In this document: positions 11,835-20,942 of the stretch, piece by piece
Layout of the letters: each line of letters opens with the position of its first letter
Position numbering within the stretch: the first letter of the stretch is position 1
Assembly: GCA_034521815.1 (NCBI GenBank)
Contig: JAXHLW010000013.1
Span: 480,001-544,000 of the forward strand
Direction of reading: 5' to 3'
Length of the DNA stretch: 64,000 bases
Origin: Trueperaceae bacterium
GTDB taxonomy: Bacteria > Deinococcota > Deinococci > Deinococcales > Trueperaceae
Program-made: the position numbers and the translations under genes
Notes under the pieces: model-generated
Told to the model about the DNA's origin: nothing
Databases searched by the model: none
Seen by the model: the letters and a program-made list of their open reading frames with translations, nothing else

Positions 11835-14078
11835 TCAGTCGACGAATCCGAGGGCGCGCAGGCCCTCGAGCACCCCGTGGGCATGGGATCGCTCGACGAA
11901 GGTGATGCCGCGGCTGCCCCGGAGCTCGTCGAGCTCCTTTTCGTGGTTGCCGACCACGATGGCGGGGAACGGCGCGCGCAGCATCTCGGTGTCGTTCCCG
12001 CTGTCGCCGGCGACAGCGATGCACTTGGGGTCGAGACCCCACTTGTCGGCGAGGTAGCGGATCGCCTTGCCTTTTCCGGCCCGGTGGGGGAGCACGTCCA
12101 GGAACTGGCCGTGCGACCAGATCAGGTGGCGGCGCAGGTTCCGCTCGTCGAGCGCCTTCTCGATCTCGCGAAGTCGGTCGCCGTCCTCGAGGAAGAAGCT
12201 GAGCTTGCGGGGCGTCTGCGCCTCGTCGGGCTGCGGCTCCAGGCCGAGATCGAGCAGTACCTGCCGAATCTCGTCAGGACGCCACTTGGCCTCGAGGTGC
12301 CGCCGGTAGCCGCGGTCGGGGATCCGGTCCTTTCCGTAGCGGATGTCGCTGCCGACGTCGCACACGATCACCTGCGGCTCGGGCAGGCCGAACTCCGAGA
12401 TCGCCTCGTCGACGAGCTCCACGCTGCGCCCCGATGCCACGCCGAAGCCGACGCCGTTGGCCGCGAGCGCTTCGCTCAGCTCGCGCAGCCCCGCCGTGTC
12501 GGCGTTCGTCCCGACCAGGGTGCCGTCGATGTCGCTGATCAGCATCCGGTCCTGGGCCTGCAGGGCGCGCCCCACCGCGCTCCGCCACGGCGCGTCGGTC
12601 AGGTCCGAGACGTCCTGGTTCAGCAGCGGACGGACGGCGCTCAAGTAGCTCTCGACGTGGGCCCGCCACGAGTAGTGCCGCTTGACGCCGTCGATCCCGG
12701 CACGGCTGTAGCGGTCCCAGAGCTCCTCGTCGAGCAGGATGCGACGCAACGCGGTCTGGATGGCGTCAGCGTCCTCGGGGTCGACGAGCTCGCCGGATCC
12801 GCAGGTGTCGATGATCTCCTGCGGACCGCCGTGGTTCGTCGAGACGACCGGCAGGCCCGACGCGGAGGCTTCGATCAGGGTGATCCCGAAGTTCTCGACC
12901 AGGGCGGGGTTGATGAACACGCCGCGTCGCTCGGCCGCGAGCCGGTAGAGGACCGGGATGTCGGTGTCGGGGTCGTGCTTCTTGGGCAGGGCCAGCTTTC
13001 CGTACAGGTCGTAGCGGTCCATGCGCAGCAGCAGGTCGGTCAGCACCTCGCGCTCGTTGTCGCTCATCTCCTCGATGTCGCTTCGGACGCCGGCGAAGAT
13101 CGCCAGGTTGGCGATGTGCTGCAGCTCCTTGTCGGTGCCGTAGGCGTCGACGAGGCCGTCGATGTTCTTGCGTCGGTCGGGACGGCTGACCGCCAGGATC
13201 ATCGGCTTGTCGGTATCCGTCAGGAAGCGGTCGAGCTCGCGGCGCATGCGGACGCGCGCCTCGATCACCTCGTCGCCCGGATCGAAGGCGTTGTCCGAGT
13301 CGTAGAACCAGGGGTAGAACCGCTCGACGTCCGTTCCGGGCGCCAGCACTTGGTAGTCCGCCGACTGGTGCGCCTCGTACAGCTCGTAGCCGTACTCGAC
13401 CTCGTGGCGGGTGCTGGCGACGACCACGTCGGCCTTGCGGAGCAGCTCCTCCTCGATCTCGATGCGGTGCGAGATCTTGTAGCGCTTCTCGATCGCCTCG
13501 TCGTCGACGCCGGCGTTCTGGAGCACGCGGAGCTTGTTGCGCCCCAGCGAGTGGCCGGTGAACACCAGCGGCACCGCCAGCGCGGAGGCGAGCTCCAGCG
13601 CGACGTAGCCGGCGTCGGCGTAATGGCCGTGCACCAGGTCGGGCCGAACGCCCTGCTCGCGGTTCCAGCGCAGCACGCCCGACACGAACGCGTCGAGCGT
13701 CGGCCACAGCATCTCCTTGCGTCGGTACTTCGTGCCGCCGGCCTTGATGCGTACGATCTTCGCGCCCGGACCGAGCTCCTCGACCGGCTGGGCGTAGTCG
13801 TCCGAGACCCGATCGTCGTCGACGAGCCGGGTGAACAGCACCGCCTCGGCGACGTCTTCGTGGCGTCCGAGCGCGCGGGCCAGCTCGACGACGTACGTCG
13901 TCTGACCGCCCGTGTCGGCGTCGCGGCCGAGCTCGAGATCGTGGCCGCGGATCAGTCCGTGAATGCTGAAGAGGTGAACGATCAGGCCCCGCGAGGAGGT
14001 CTCGCCCGGACCGTCGTCGTGCGCGCCTGCGTCGCGCGGATCGTTCGAGGGGTCGGGAGCGGTGTCGGCTACGGTCAT
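11835..14078 (-). CDS. Sucrose-phosphate synthase fused to HAD-IIB sucrose-phosphate phosphatase (SPS-SPP)
   Basis: HGLIRG..LELGRDADTGGQ..YVVELARAL, HGHYADAG, FTGHSLG, RPDRRKN, KLALPKKH, NPALVENFGITLIEA; C-terminal DIDGT and AGDSGND HAD motifs; GGAGGG RBS. Confidence 0.92.
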   Translation of the reverse strand: MTVADTAPDPSNDPRDAGAHDDGPGETSSRGLIVHLFSIHGLIRGHDLELGRDADTGGQTTYVVELARALGRHEDVAEAVLFTRLVDDDRVSDDYAQPVEELGPGAKIVRIKAGGTKYRRKEMLWPTLDAFVSGVLRWNREQGVRPDLVHGHYADAGYVALELASALAVPLVFTGHSLGRNKLRVLQNAGVDDEAIEKRYKISHRIEIEEELLRKADVVVASTRHEVEYGYELYEAHQSADYQVLAPGTDVERFYPWFYDSDNAFDPGDEVIEARVRMRRELDRFLTDTDKPMILAVSRPDRRKNIDGLVDAYGTDKELQHIANLAIFAGVRSDIEEMSDNEREVLTDLLLRMDRYDLYGKLALPKKHDPDTDIPVLYRLAAERRGVFINPALVENFGITLIEASASGLPVVSTNHGGPQEIIDTCGSGELVDPEDADAIQTALRRILLDEELWDRYSRAGIDGVKRHYSWRAHVESYLSAVRPLLNQDVSDLTDAPWRSAVGRALQAQDRMLISDIDGTLVGTNADTAGLRELSEALAANGVGFGVASGRSVELVDEAISEFGLPEPQVIVCDVGSDIRYGKDRIPDRGYRRHLEAKWRPDEIRQVLLDLGLEPQPDEAQTPRKLSFFLEDGDRLREIEKALDERNLRRHLIWSHGQFLDVLPHRAGKGKAIRYLADKWGLDPKCIAVAGDSGNDTEMLRAPFPAIVVGNHEKELDELRGSRGITFVERSHAHGVLEGLRALGFVD

Positions 14079-14182
14079 GGGGGATCCCTCCGCCGCCATG
14101 GTAGCCGAGCCTCGGGCCGGGTGCGTCCCCCGGGGTACCTGATCGGTCCGAGGCGGTGCTATCCTCCCGGACGGGAGGCGCG

Positions 14183-15334
14183 ATGTCGCTGTTGAACAAA
14201 CCGCCTGCGGCGCTGGCACTCGAGGACGGCACGGTGTACTACGGCTACGCGTTCGGTCATCCCGGGCGCACGGTCGGCGAGATCGTGTTCAACACCTCGA
14301 TGACGGGCTACCAGGAGATCCTGACCGATCCCAGCTATCACGGCCAGATCGTGACGATGACGTATCCGCACATCGGGAACTACGGCGTCTCGGTGTACGA
14401 CATGGAGTCGAACCGGCCGTTCGCGCGTGGCTTCATCGTGCGCGAGTTCTCGCGCGCGGCCAGCAACCACCGCGCCAACCAGGATCTGCAGAGCTTCATG
14501 GAGCAGCACCTGATCGTCGGGATCGAGGGGATCGACACGCGGGCGCTGACGCGTCGGCTGCGGACCGGTGGCGTGATCAAGGGCGTGATCCACCACGGCC
14601 CGGTCGACGATGCGCTCGAGGCCGAGCTGGTGCAGCACGCGCGCGAGCACGAGGACATCGACGGTCGCGACATGACGCCCGAGGTGACGACGCCCCTGCC
14701 GTACGCCCGGCCCAGCTTCCAGGAGACGCCGCGGGTCGTGGTGATCGACTTCGGGATCAAGCACTCGATCGTGTACAAGCTCGAGCAGGCCGGGGCCGAG
14801 GTCATCGTCGTTCCTGCGCAGACGACGCCGGCGCAGATCATGGCGCTCGACCCGTACGGCCTGGTCCTGTCGAACGGGCCGGGCGACCCGGATGGACCGA
14901 AGTACGCGCACGACACGGTGTGGCAGATGTTGGGCCTGCTCCCGACGTACGGGATCTGCATGGGACATCAGCTGTTGGGGCTGGCGGTCGGGGGGCGGAC
15001 GTACAAGCTCGCGCACGGCCATCACGGCGCCAACACGCCGGTGAAGAACGTGGTCACCGGGGAGGTCGAGATCACCAGCCAGAACCACAACTACGCGGTC
15101 GACATCGACTCGATTCCCGGTGGTCAGTTCCGCGCGACGCACATCAACCTGAACGACGGAACGCTCGAGGGCATGGCGCACGAGCGTTATCCCGTGTTCA
15201 GCGTCCAGTACCATCCCGAGGCCAGCCCCGGCCCGCACGACGCGAACTACCTGTTCCGCCGCTTCATCGGAGAGGTGAACGCGTTCGAGGGCGCAGCGTC
15301 GGTGCCGCAGCCCGCGTCGCTGGCCGAGGTCTGA
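14183..15334 (+). CDS. carA: Carbamoyl-phosphate synthase small subunit
   Basis: [53 protein letters not shown]. Confidence 0.97.
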   Translation: MSLLNKPPAALALEDGTVYYGYAFGHPGRTVGEIVFNTSMTGYQEILTDPSYHGQIVTMTYPHIGNYGVSVYDMESNRPFARGFIVREFSRAASNHRANQDLQSFMEQHLIVGIEGIDTRALTRRLRTGGVIKGVIHHGPVDDALEAELVQHAREHEDIDGRDMTPEVTTPLPYARPSFQETPRVVVIDFGIKHSIVYKLEQAGAEVIVVPAQTTPAQIMALDPYGLVLSNGPGDPDGPKYAHDTVWQMLGLLPTYGICMGHQLLGLAVGGRTYKLAHGHHGANTPVKNVVTGEVEITSQNHNYAVDIDSIPGGQFRATHINLNDGTLEGMAHERYPVFSVQYHPEASPGPHDANYLFRRFIGEVNAFEGAASVPQPASLAEV

Positions 15335-15384
15335 GGCGGCGAGGCTGAGGCGGCGAGGCTGACGCGCGGCGAGGCTGACGCGAC
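15331..15384. repeat. 14-16 bp tandem repeat (CTGAGGCGGCGAGG) filling the gap between convergent stop codons
   Basis: Units at 15331, 15345, 15359 and 15375; the first contains the carA TGA. Confidence 0.85.
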
Positions 15385-15813
15385 TCAGTTCAGGGTGCGC
15401 GGCGGCGCGCCGGGACCGCTCCAGCGCCTGCGCCGCCACAGGTACGTCCCCAGCCCCAGCGGTCCGGCCCACCACGTCAGGACCAGCTCCCAGCGGGGGA
15501 GGCGGCCGTAGTAGCGGGCGTCGCGGAAGATCCAGGTGCCGGCGAACAGGTCCAGGGCGACCATGTGCGTCCATGCGGTGAGGAACCCCCACGGCCCGGC
15601 GACGGCCGAGGCCAGTGACGCGGCGTCCAGACTTCTGGGTGCCGGCCCGGCCAGGAGCGATCCCGACAGCAAGGCCAGGTAGACGCCCGCCAGCGCGATG
15701 AACGGCCATGGCGAGGTGACCAGCTTCACGGTCGTGCGGCTCTTCGGGAACAGCAGCATCGACAGCCACCAGGGGAGGGTCGCCAGGCTCACCAGCGCGA
15801 ACACGGTGTCCAT
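15385..15813 (-). CDS. ABA4-like (DUF4281) membrane protein
   Basis: LPWW..ML..P, AWTHMVALDLFAG.W, GPLGL pattern; ATG overlaps the dtd stop. Confidence 0.8.
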   Translation of the reverse strand: MDTVFALVSLATLPWWLSMLLFPKSRTTVKLVTSPWPFIALAGVYLALLSGSLLAGPAPRSLDAASLASAVAGPWGFLTAWTHMVALDLFAGTWIFRDARYYGRLPRWELVLTWWAGPLGLGTYLWRRRRWSGPGAPPRTLN

Positions 15814-16271
15814 CAGCGGGCGCTTCCGAGCTCGTCGCCGTCCAGCCAGATCGTGACCGGACCGTCGTTCACGAGCTCCACCTCCATGTGCGCCTGGAAC
15901 GTGCCGGTCTGGACCGTGACGCCGTGCCCACGGAGGGCCTCGACGAAACGGGCGTAGAGCTCGTCGGCTCGCTCGGGTGGCGCCGCCGCGACGAAGCTGG
16001 GACGGTTTCCCTTGCGGGCGTCGGCGAACAGGGTGAACTGACTCACCACCAGCGCCGCGCCCTCCACGTCGGTGAGCGCCAGGTTCATCTTGCCTTCGGC
16101 GTCGTCGAGCACCCTGAGCTTGGCGATCTTGCGGGCCAGCGCCGCGGCGTTTTCCGTGCCGTCGTCGCGGCCGACCCCGAGCAGAATGAGGAATCCTCGG
16201 CCGATGCGTCCCACCGTCGCGCCGTCGACCCGGACCTCGGCCCTGGAGACGCGCTGAATCAGCGCACGCAT
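15813..16271 (-). CDS. dtd: D-aminoacyl-tRNA deacylase
   Basis: [26 protein letters not shown]. Confidence 0.97.
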   Translation of the reverse strand: MRALIQRVSRAEVRVDGATVGRIGRGFLILLGVGRDDGTENAAALARKIAKLRVLDDAEGKMNLALTDVEGAALVVSQFTLFADARKGNRPSFVAAAPPERADELYARFVEALRGHGVTVQTGTFQAHMEVELVNDGPVTIWLDGDELGSAR

Positions 16272-16570
16272 CAGTTCGTCGTGTCCGGTTCGTGCAGCGG
16301 CAGCGAGGTGGCTCCGTCGGTGCCATCCTTCAGCCCCGAGCGGAGCCTGCCGATCGCGTCGTGCAGGGCCGCGCGCTCGGTCTCGTCGAGGTTGCCGGCG
16401 GTCTTTTCGTGCAGCATCTCGAGCAGCGCCAAGCTCCGCTCGGCGGTTCGGCGCGAGCGCAGGCCGTCACGGTCCAGGTGCCGACCCATCGGGCTGTGCT
16501 CCTCGCCCAACGACGCCTGCGCCGACGCGAGCACGCTGTGCACGAGGCCGACGAAGCGGGGATCGGGCAT
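16271..16570 (-). CDS. DUF1844-like hypothetical protein
   Basis: FVGLVHS...[15 protein letters not shown] motif; start and stop overlap the neighbouring genes. Confidence 0.75.
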   Translation of the reverse strand: MPDPRFVGLVHSVLASAQASLGEEHSPMGRHLDRDGLRSRRTAERSLALLEMLHEKTAGNLDETERAALHDAIGRLRSGLKDGTDGATSLPLHEPDTTN

Positions 16571-17184
16571 CAGAACAGCCCCTGCTGATGGGCGGTGTCG
16601 ATCGGGACCGGCGCGCGGTCGTCCGGCAGGGCGTCCAGGGTCGCCTTGAGGACCTTCATCGCTTCCCACATCTTCCATTTCGGGCCGTTCTTGTCGCGGC
16701 TGGGGTTGCGCAGCAGGTAGGCGGGATGGAACAGCGGCATCAGGCGGATGCCGTTCCACTCGTGCCAGGTTCCGTGCAGGCGGGTGATGCCTTCGCTGGT
16801 CTCCAAGAACCACTGGCTGGGCACGTTCCCCAGCGTCGCGATGATCTTGGGCTTCACGATGCGGATCTGCTGCAGCAGGATCTCGGCGCTGGCCCGGATC
16901 TCCTCGGGGCGAGGATTGCGGTTTCCTGGAGGTCTACGCTTGACGAGGTTCGTGATGTACACGTCGTCGCGGTGCAGCTCGACGCTCTCCAGGATCCGAT
17001 CGAGCAGCTGCCCCGCCCGTCCGACGAACGGACGACCCGACCGGTCCTCCTCCTCGCCCGGGGCCTCGCCGATGATCATCAGGTCGGCGTCTTCGGGGCC
17101 TTCGCCGAAGACCAGGGCGTCGGACAGATCGGAGAGGGCGGCGGGCGCGTCCGCGGCTTGACGCTCGAGCTCGGCCAAGGTCAT
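16570..17184 (-). CDS. udg: Family-4 uracil-DNA glycosylase, without Fe-S cysteines
   Basis: VFGEG, GEAPGEEEDRSGRPFVGRAG, RPPGNR, HPAYLLR. Confidence 0.9.
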   Translation of the reverse strand: MTLAELERQAADAPAALSDLSDALVFGEGPEDADLMIIGEAPGEEEDRSGRPFVGRAGQLLDRILESVELHRDDVYITNLVKRRPPGNRNPRPEEIRASAEILLQQIRIVKPKIIATLGNVPSQWFLETSEGITRLHGTWHEWNGIRLMPLFHPAYLLRNPSRDKNGPKWKMWEAMKVLKATLDALPDDRAPVPIDTAHQQGLF

Positions 17185-17218
17185 GCCGAGGTTGTACCAC
17201 GCACCGCTGCCGCTCTTC

Positions 17219-17587
17219 TCAGCTCAGCGACGGCCGCTGGCTGCGGACTTCGCGGCGCACCTTGGGCTCGAGCCCGATCATCAGAAAGAAGTTCTCGAGC
17301 GCGTTCTCGCGGCCTTTCACGTCGACGTGGTCCTCAGGAGGCGTACCGGTCACGAACGGCAGGCTCTTGTACAGCTCCAGGGCCGAACGGGCGACCTCTT
17401 CCGCGGTTCCGGCGGCCGCAGCCTCGGCCAGCTGGGCGTACACGTCCCGACGCGCCTCGGCGTGGCGCCGGAAGGCGTCGGGATGGTCGGCCTGATCTGC
17501 GCGGAGTAGGTCCTGCTTGGCGATGCGCCGGTAGTGCTTGAGGCCCCGAAGGATCTCGTCGGTGCTCAACACGACCTTGACGTCCAT
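17219..17587 (-). CDS. Hypothetical protein (122 aa)
   Basis: AAGGAG RBS, typical codon bias, globular-looking sequence (ENALENFFLMIG). Confidence 0.75.
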   Translation of the reverse strand: MDVKVVLSTDEILRGLKHYRRIAKQDLLRADQADHPDAFRRHAEARRDVYAQLAEAAAAGTAEEVARSALELYKSLPFVTGTPPEDHVDVKGRENALENFFLMIGLEPKVRREVRSQRPSLS

Positions 17588-17666
17588 GCGCGCTCCTTCC
17601 GAACGGACACGACCGAGGCGTCGCCCCGTCGCGCCGCTGGCTGCGCTTAGCGTAGCCTTGCGCGCT

Positions 17667-17894
17667 TCAGGCGCGCAACGGTCGTTTGGGGACCGGCGCG
17701 TCCACCTCGTCGTCGCGCGTCAGAACGTCGCCCGACGCTCGCTGGAGGTCGGCGATCGCCTCGGCGTCGCTGCGGTAGCCGCAGGTACGACACTCGAGCT
17801 CGTCGAACCCTTCCTCGAAGCGCCAGCTGATCGTGCGTTCGCTGCCGCACTCGGGACAGGGCACGCCTTCGAAGCTTCCTTCCGCGTCGATCAC
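17667..17894 (-). CDS. Small zinc-ribbon protein (CPEC...CRTC)
   Basis: Two CxxC pairs; G-rich RBS before the GTG. Confidence 0.7.
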   Translation of the reverse strand: MIDAEGSFEGVPCPECGSERTISWRFEEGFDELECRTCGYRSDAEAIADLQRASGDVLTRDDEVDAPVPKRPLRA

Positions 17895-18038
17895 GCTCCA
17901 CCCCCTCTAGGCTCCAAGGCTAGCCGAGGCGACCCCCGGACGGCGTGGTCCGGAGGACCTCGCTCGAGGTGACGCGAGGCGCAGGAGCGCGTCCGCGCCA
18001 GCCTTGGGCCTGCCGACGAGCGTCGCCAGCCTTCTGCA

Positions 18039-19718
18039 CTACTCGGACGCGTCCGACGTCGCTGCGCTGCTCGGGGCGCTCGACGAGCTGCCGCTCGACC
18101 CGGCCTGAGCGCGACGGCGCGCCGCACGCTCGAGCAGGTCGCGGGCCGTCACGATCGCGGCGTCGCCTTCGTGGCCGGCCAGCATCCGTGCGAGCTCGCG
18201 TTCCCGCTCGGCGTCGCCCAGCGGCTCGACGACGGTGGTCGTTCGGCCCTCCTCGACGAGCTTTCCGACACGCACGTGGCGATCGGCGTGGGCGGCGACC
18301 TGGGCGAGGTGGGTCACGACCAGGACCTGATGGCGGCGGGCGAGCTCGGCGAGGAGCTCGCCGACGGCCGCGGCGGCGCGTCCGCCCACCCCCGCGTCGA
18401 CCTCGTCGAACACGAGCGTGGGGCGGTCGCTGCCCGTCACCAGCCACAGCGCCAGCATCACGCGCGAGAGCTCGCCGCCCGAGGCGGCCTGTGCCAGCGG
18501 TGCCAGGGCTTCGCCAGGATCGGCCGCGAAGTCGAATCGGATGCGGTCGCCACCGTGCGGTCCGGGCGGAGCGGGATCGACGGCCACCTCCAGTCGGGCA
18601 CCGACGAGAGCGAGCCGGGCCAGCAGCGGCGCCACGTCGCTGGACAGTCGCGCTGCCGCTTCGCGGCGCGCCGTACGGAGCGTTCCTGCCAGCTCGGCGA
18701 GGTGCTCGTCCAGGCGGGCCAGGCGAGTCTCGAGCTGTTCGCTCCGGAGGTCGTGCGCTTCGAGGCCGGCGCGCTCCTCGGCGGCCTCCGCGCGGAAGGC
18801 GAGCACCGCAGCGGAGCCGTCGCCGTACTTCGCGAACAGGCGTTGCAGCGCCGCGAGACGGCTCTCGACCTGATCCTGCCGTCTGGGATCGGCGTCCACG
18901 TCGTCCAAGAAGGCCTGGAGCTCGCTGGCGACCGCTTGCGCTCCCTGCGACGCGTCGGCCAGGTCTCGCACCAGCGCCCCGAGCCGGTCGTCGAGCCGTG
19001 CGGCGCCGTCGAGGTCGCGACGGGACCGAAGAAGCGACTCGACCGCGCCTTCTTCGGCGTCCAGGCCTGCCAGAGCGGACGCGACCCCTTGGCGGATCGT
19101 GTCCGCGTGACGGAGCCGCCGGGCTTCCGACGCGAGCCGGTCCTCTTCACCGATCTCGAGATCGGCCGCGTCGATCTCGGCGACCTGGAGGTCGAGCAGG
19201 TCGGCACGCTGCAGACGCTCCCGAGCGTCGGCGCGCAGGCGGTCGAGCTCGGCGCTCGTGTCGCGCCGCTCCTGCCAGGCGCTGCGCCAGGCCGCTGCCG
19301 CCTGGGCGCCCCGGTCGTCGAGAAGGCGGTCCAACGACTCGCGTTGCGCGGACGCCGAGAGAAGCGCCTGCTGGGCGTGCTGCGCGAACACGGCGACGCG
19401 GGCGCCGACCGCCTGAGCCAGCTCGGCGACGGTGACCAGCTCGCCGTCGAGGCGCGCGTGATTGCGCCCCTCGGCCACCAGCACTCTCGAGGCGGAGGCC
19501 GGCTCGTCGTGCACGAACTCGGCTTGGACCAGCGCCCGCTGCGTGCCACGGCGAATCAGCCCGGACTCGGCGCGCACCCCGGTCAACAGGCCCAAGGCGT
19601 CGACCAACAGCGATTTGCCTGCGCCGGTCTCGCCGGTCAGGACGTTCAGGCCGGGATGGGTGTCCAGCCGCGCGGTGGCGACCAGGACGAAGTCGCGGAG
19701 CTCGAGGGCGCTCAGCAC
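18039..19718 (-). CDS. recN: DNA repair protein RecN
   Basis: LTGETGAGKS Walker A, coiled coil, ASGGELSR, VFDEVDAGVGG, VTHLAQVAA, ELARML. Confidence 0.96.
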   Translation of the reverse strand: MLSALELRDFVLVATARLDTHPGLNVLTGETGAGKSLLVDALGLLTGVRAESGLIRRGTQRALVQAEFVHDEPASASRVLVAEGRNHARLDGELVTVAELAQAVGARVAVFAQHAQQALLSASAQRESLDRLLDDRGAQAAAAWRSAWQERRDTSAELDRLRADARERLQRADLLDLQVAEIDAADLEIGEEDRLASEARRLRHADTIRQGVASALAGLDAEEGAVESLLRSRRDLDGAARLDDRLGALVRDLADASQGAQAVASELQAFLDDVDADPRRQDQVESRLAALQRLFAKYGDGSAAVLAFRAEAAEERAGLEAHDLRSEQLETRLARLDEHLAELAGTLRTARREAAARLSSDVAPLLARLALVGARLEVAVDPAPPGPHGGDRIRFDFAADPGEALAPLAQAASGGELSRVMLALWLVTGSDRPTLVFDEVDAGVGGRAAAAVGELLAELARRHQVLVVTHLAQVAAHADRHVRVGKLVEEGRTTTVVEPLGDAERERELARMLAGHEGDAAIVTARDLLERAARRRAQAGSSGSSSSAPSSAATSDASE

Positions 19719-19722
19719 CCCG

Positions 19723-20781
19723 TCAGGATAGCCCGGGGTCCGTCGTCGGTCCGGCGCCGGTGGGCACGGCGCCCTGATCGCCTGGTCCGTGGCGCTGCAG
19801 CTCTCGGCCGATGGCCTTCAGGACGCGGTCGCGTGCCGCGTTCAGGTCGGAGCCGGCCAGCTTGGCGCCCGCCGCGGCGACGTGCCCCCCGCCGCCCAGC
19901 TCGACGCAGATCGCCTGGGCCGAGACGGGCGCGCGCGCACGCATGCTCACCTTCACCGCATCGTCCTTCTGCTTCAGCAGCGCGGCGACCTCGACGCCTT
20001 CGACGTAGCGGATCATCCCGACGTAGTCGTCACTGTCGTCCCCGCCTTCGCGGAATCGCTCCTTCATCTCGAGCGTGACCGTGGCCAGCGACGCCCGCCC
20101 GTCGAACGGCAGCTCGAGCGTGTCCATCACGGCGCCCAGCATCCGGTAGAACGACGGCGTGCGGAGCTGAAGCCGGTCGGTGAGCCCGGCGTAGTCCACG
20201 CCGACGGCGATCAGGTCGCCGGCGGTGCGCAACACCTCGCGGTCGGTGTTCGCGAAGCGGAACGTTCCCGTGTCGGTGAGGATGCCGGCCAGGCACGGGG
20301 TCGCCAAATCCACCGTCCAGGGCACGGGCAGCGCGTCGACGATGTCCTTCACGATCTGCGCCGTCGCGGCCGCGCCCGGCTGGACCAGCGCCAGGTCGCC
20401 GAAGCGTGGATTGGTGCCGTGATGGTCGACGTTCACCACGAACGCGGCGCCGTCCAGCGGCGCGCCCGCCATCCTGCTCGCCTCGGCGACGTCCAGCACG
20501 GCGAGGAGCGCCCCGTCGGGAAGCTTCTCGAGAGGGGCCGCGACCTCGCCCTCGCGCACCAGGAAGCGGACGTACGGCGGCGGGTCCATGGGCAGGACGG
20601 TCGTCTTGCCCATCGCGTCCAGCGCGCGCTTGAGCGTCAGCGTGCTCCCCAGGGCGTCGCCGTCGGGGTCGACGTGCGCTGCGAGCACGATCGGTCCGTC
20701 CCACGTGACGAGGCGCTCGGCGATGGCGGCGATCTTGGCCGGGTAGTCGCGTTCGTTTCGGTTGTCGACGGGAGGGTGCAT
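19723..20781 (-). CDS. nrnA: DHH-family bifunctional oligoribonuclease/pAp phosphatase
   Basis: HVDPDGDALGS, NVDHH, TDTGTF, SMRA, GGGGHVAAAG. Confidence 0.9.
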   Translation of the reverse strand: MHPPVDNRNERDYPAKIAAIAERLVTWDGPIVLAAHVDPDGDALGSTLTLKRALDAMGKTTVLPMDPPPYVRFLVREGEVAAPLEKLPDGALLAVLDVAEASRMAGAPLDGAAFVVNVDHHGTNPRFGDLALVQPGAAATAQIVKDIVDALPVPWTVDLATPCLAGILTDTGTFRFANTDREVLRTAGDLIAVGVDYAGLTDRLQLRTPSFYRMLGAVMDTLELPFDGRASLATVTLEMKERFREGGDDSDDYVGMIRYVEGVEVAALLKQKDDAVKVSMRARAPVSAQAICVELGGGGHVAAAGAKLAGSDLNAARDRVLKAIGRELQRHGPGDQGAVPTGAGPTTDPGLS

Positions 20782-20866
20782 GGCCGCGATGATACCCGCG
20801 CATGCGGACGCGACCGACCTCGTTCGTCCGCGCTCGACGCGGCGGAGGGGCGAACGCGGACGGCGA

Positions 20867-20904
20867 GACGGACAGGGAGTGACGGACAGGGAGTGACGGA
20901 CAGA
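20867..20904. repeat. 14-bp direct repeat GACGGACAGGGAGT x2.7 in the divergent nrnA/protease intergenic region
   Basis: Units at 20867, 20881 and 20895. Confidence 0.85.
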
Positions 20905-20942
20905 GAACAGACGCAGCCGCGAACGCGTACGATACTCACTCC

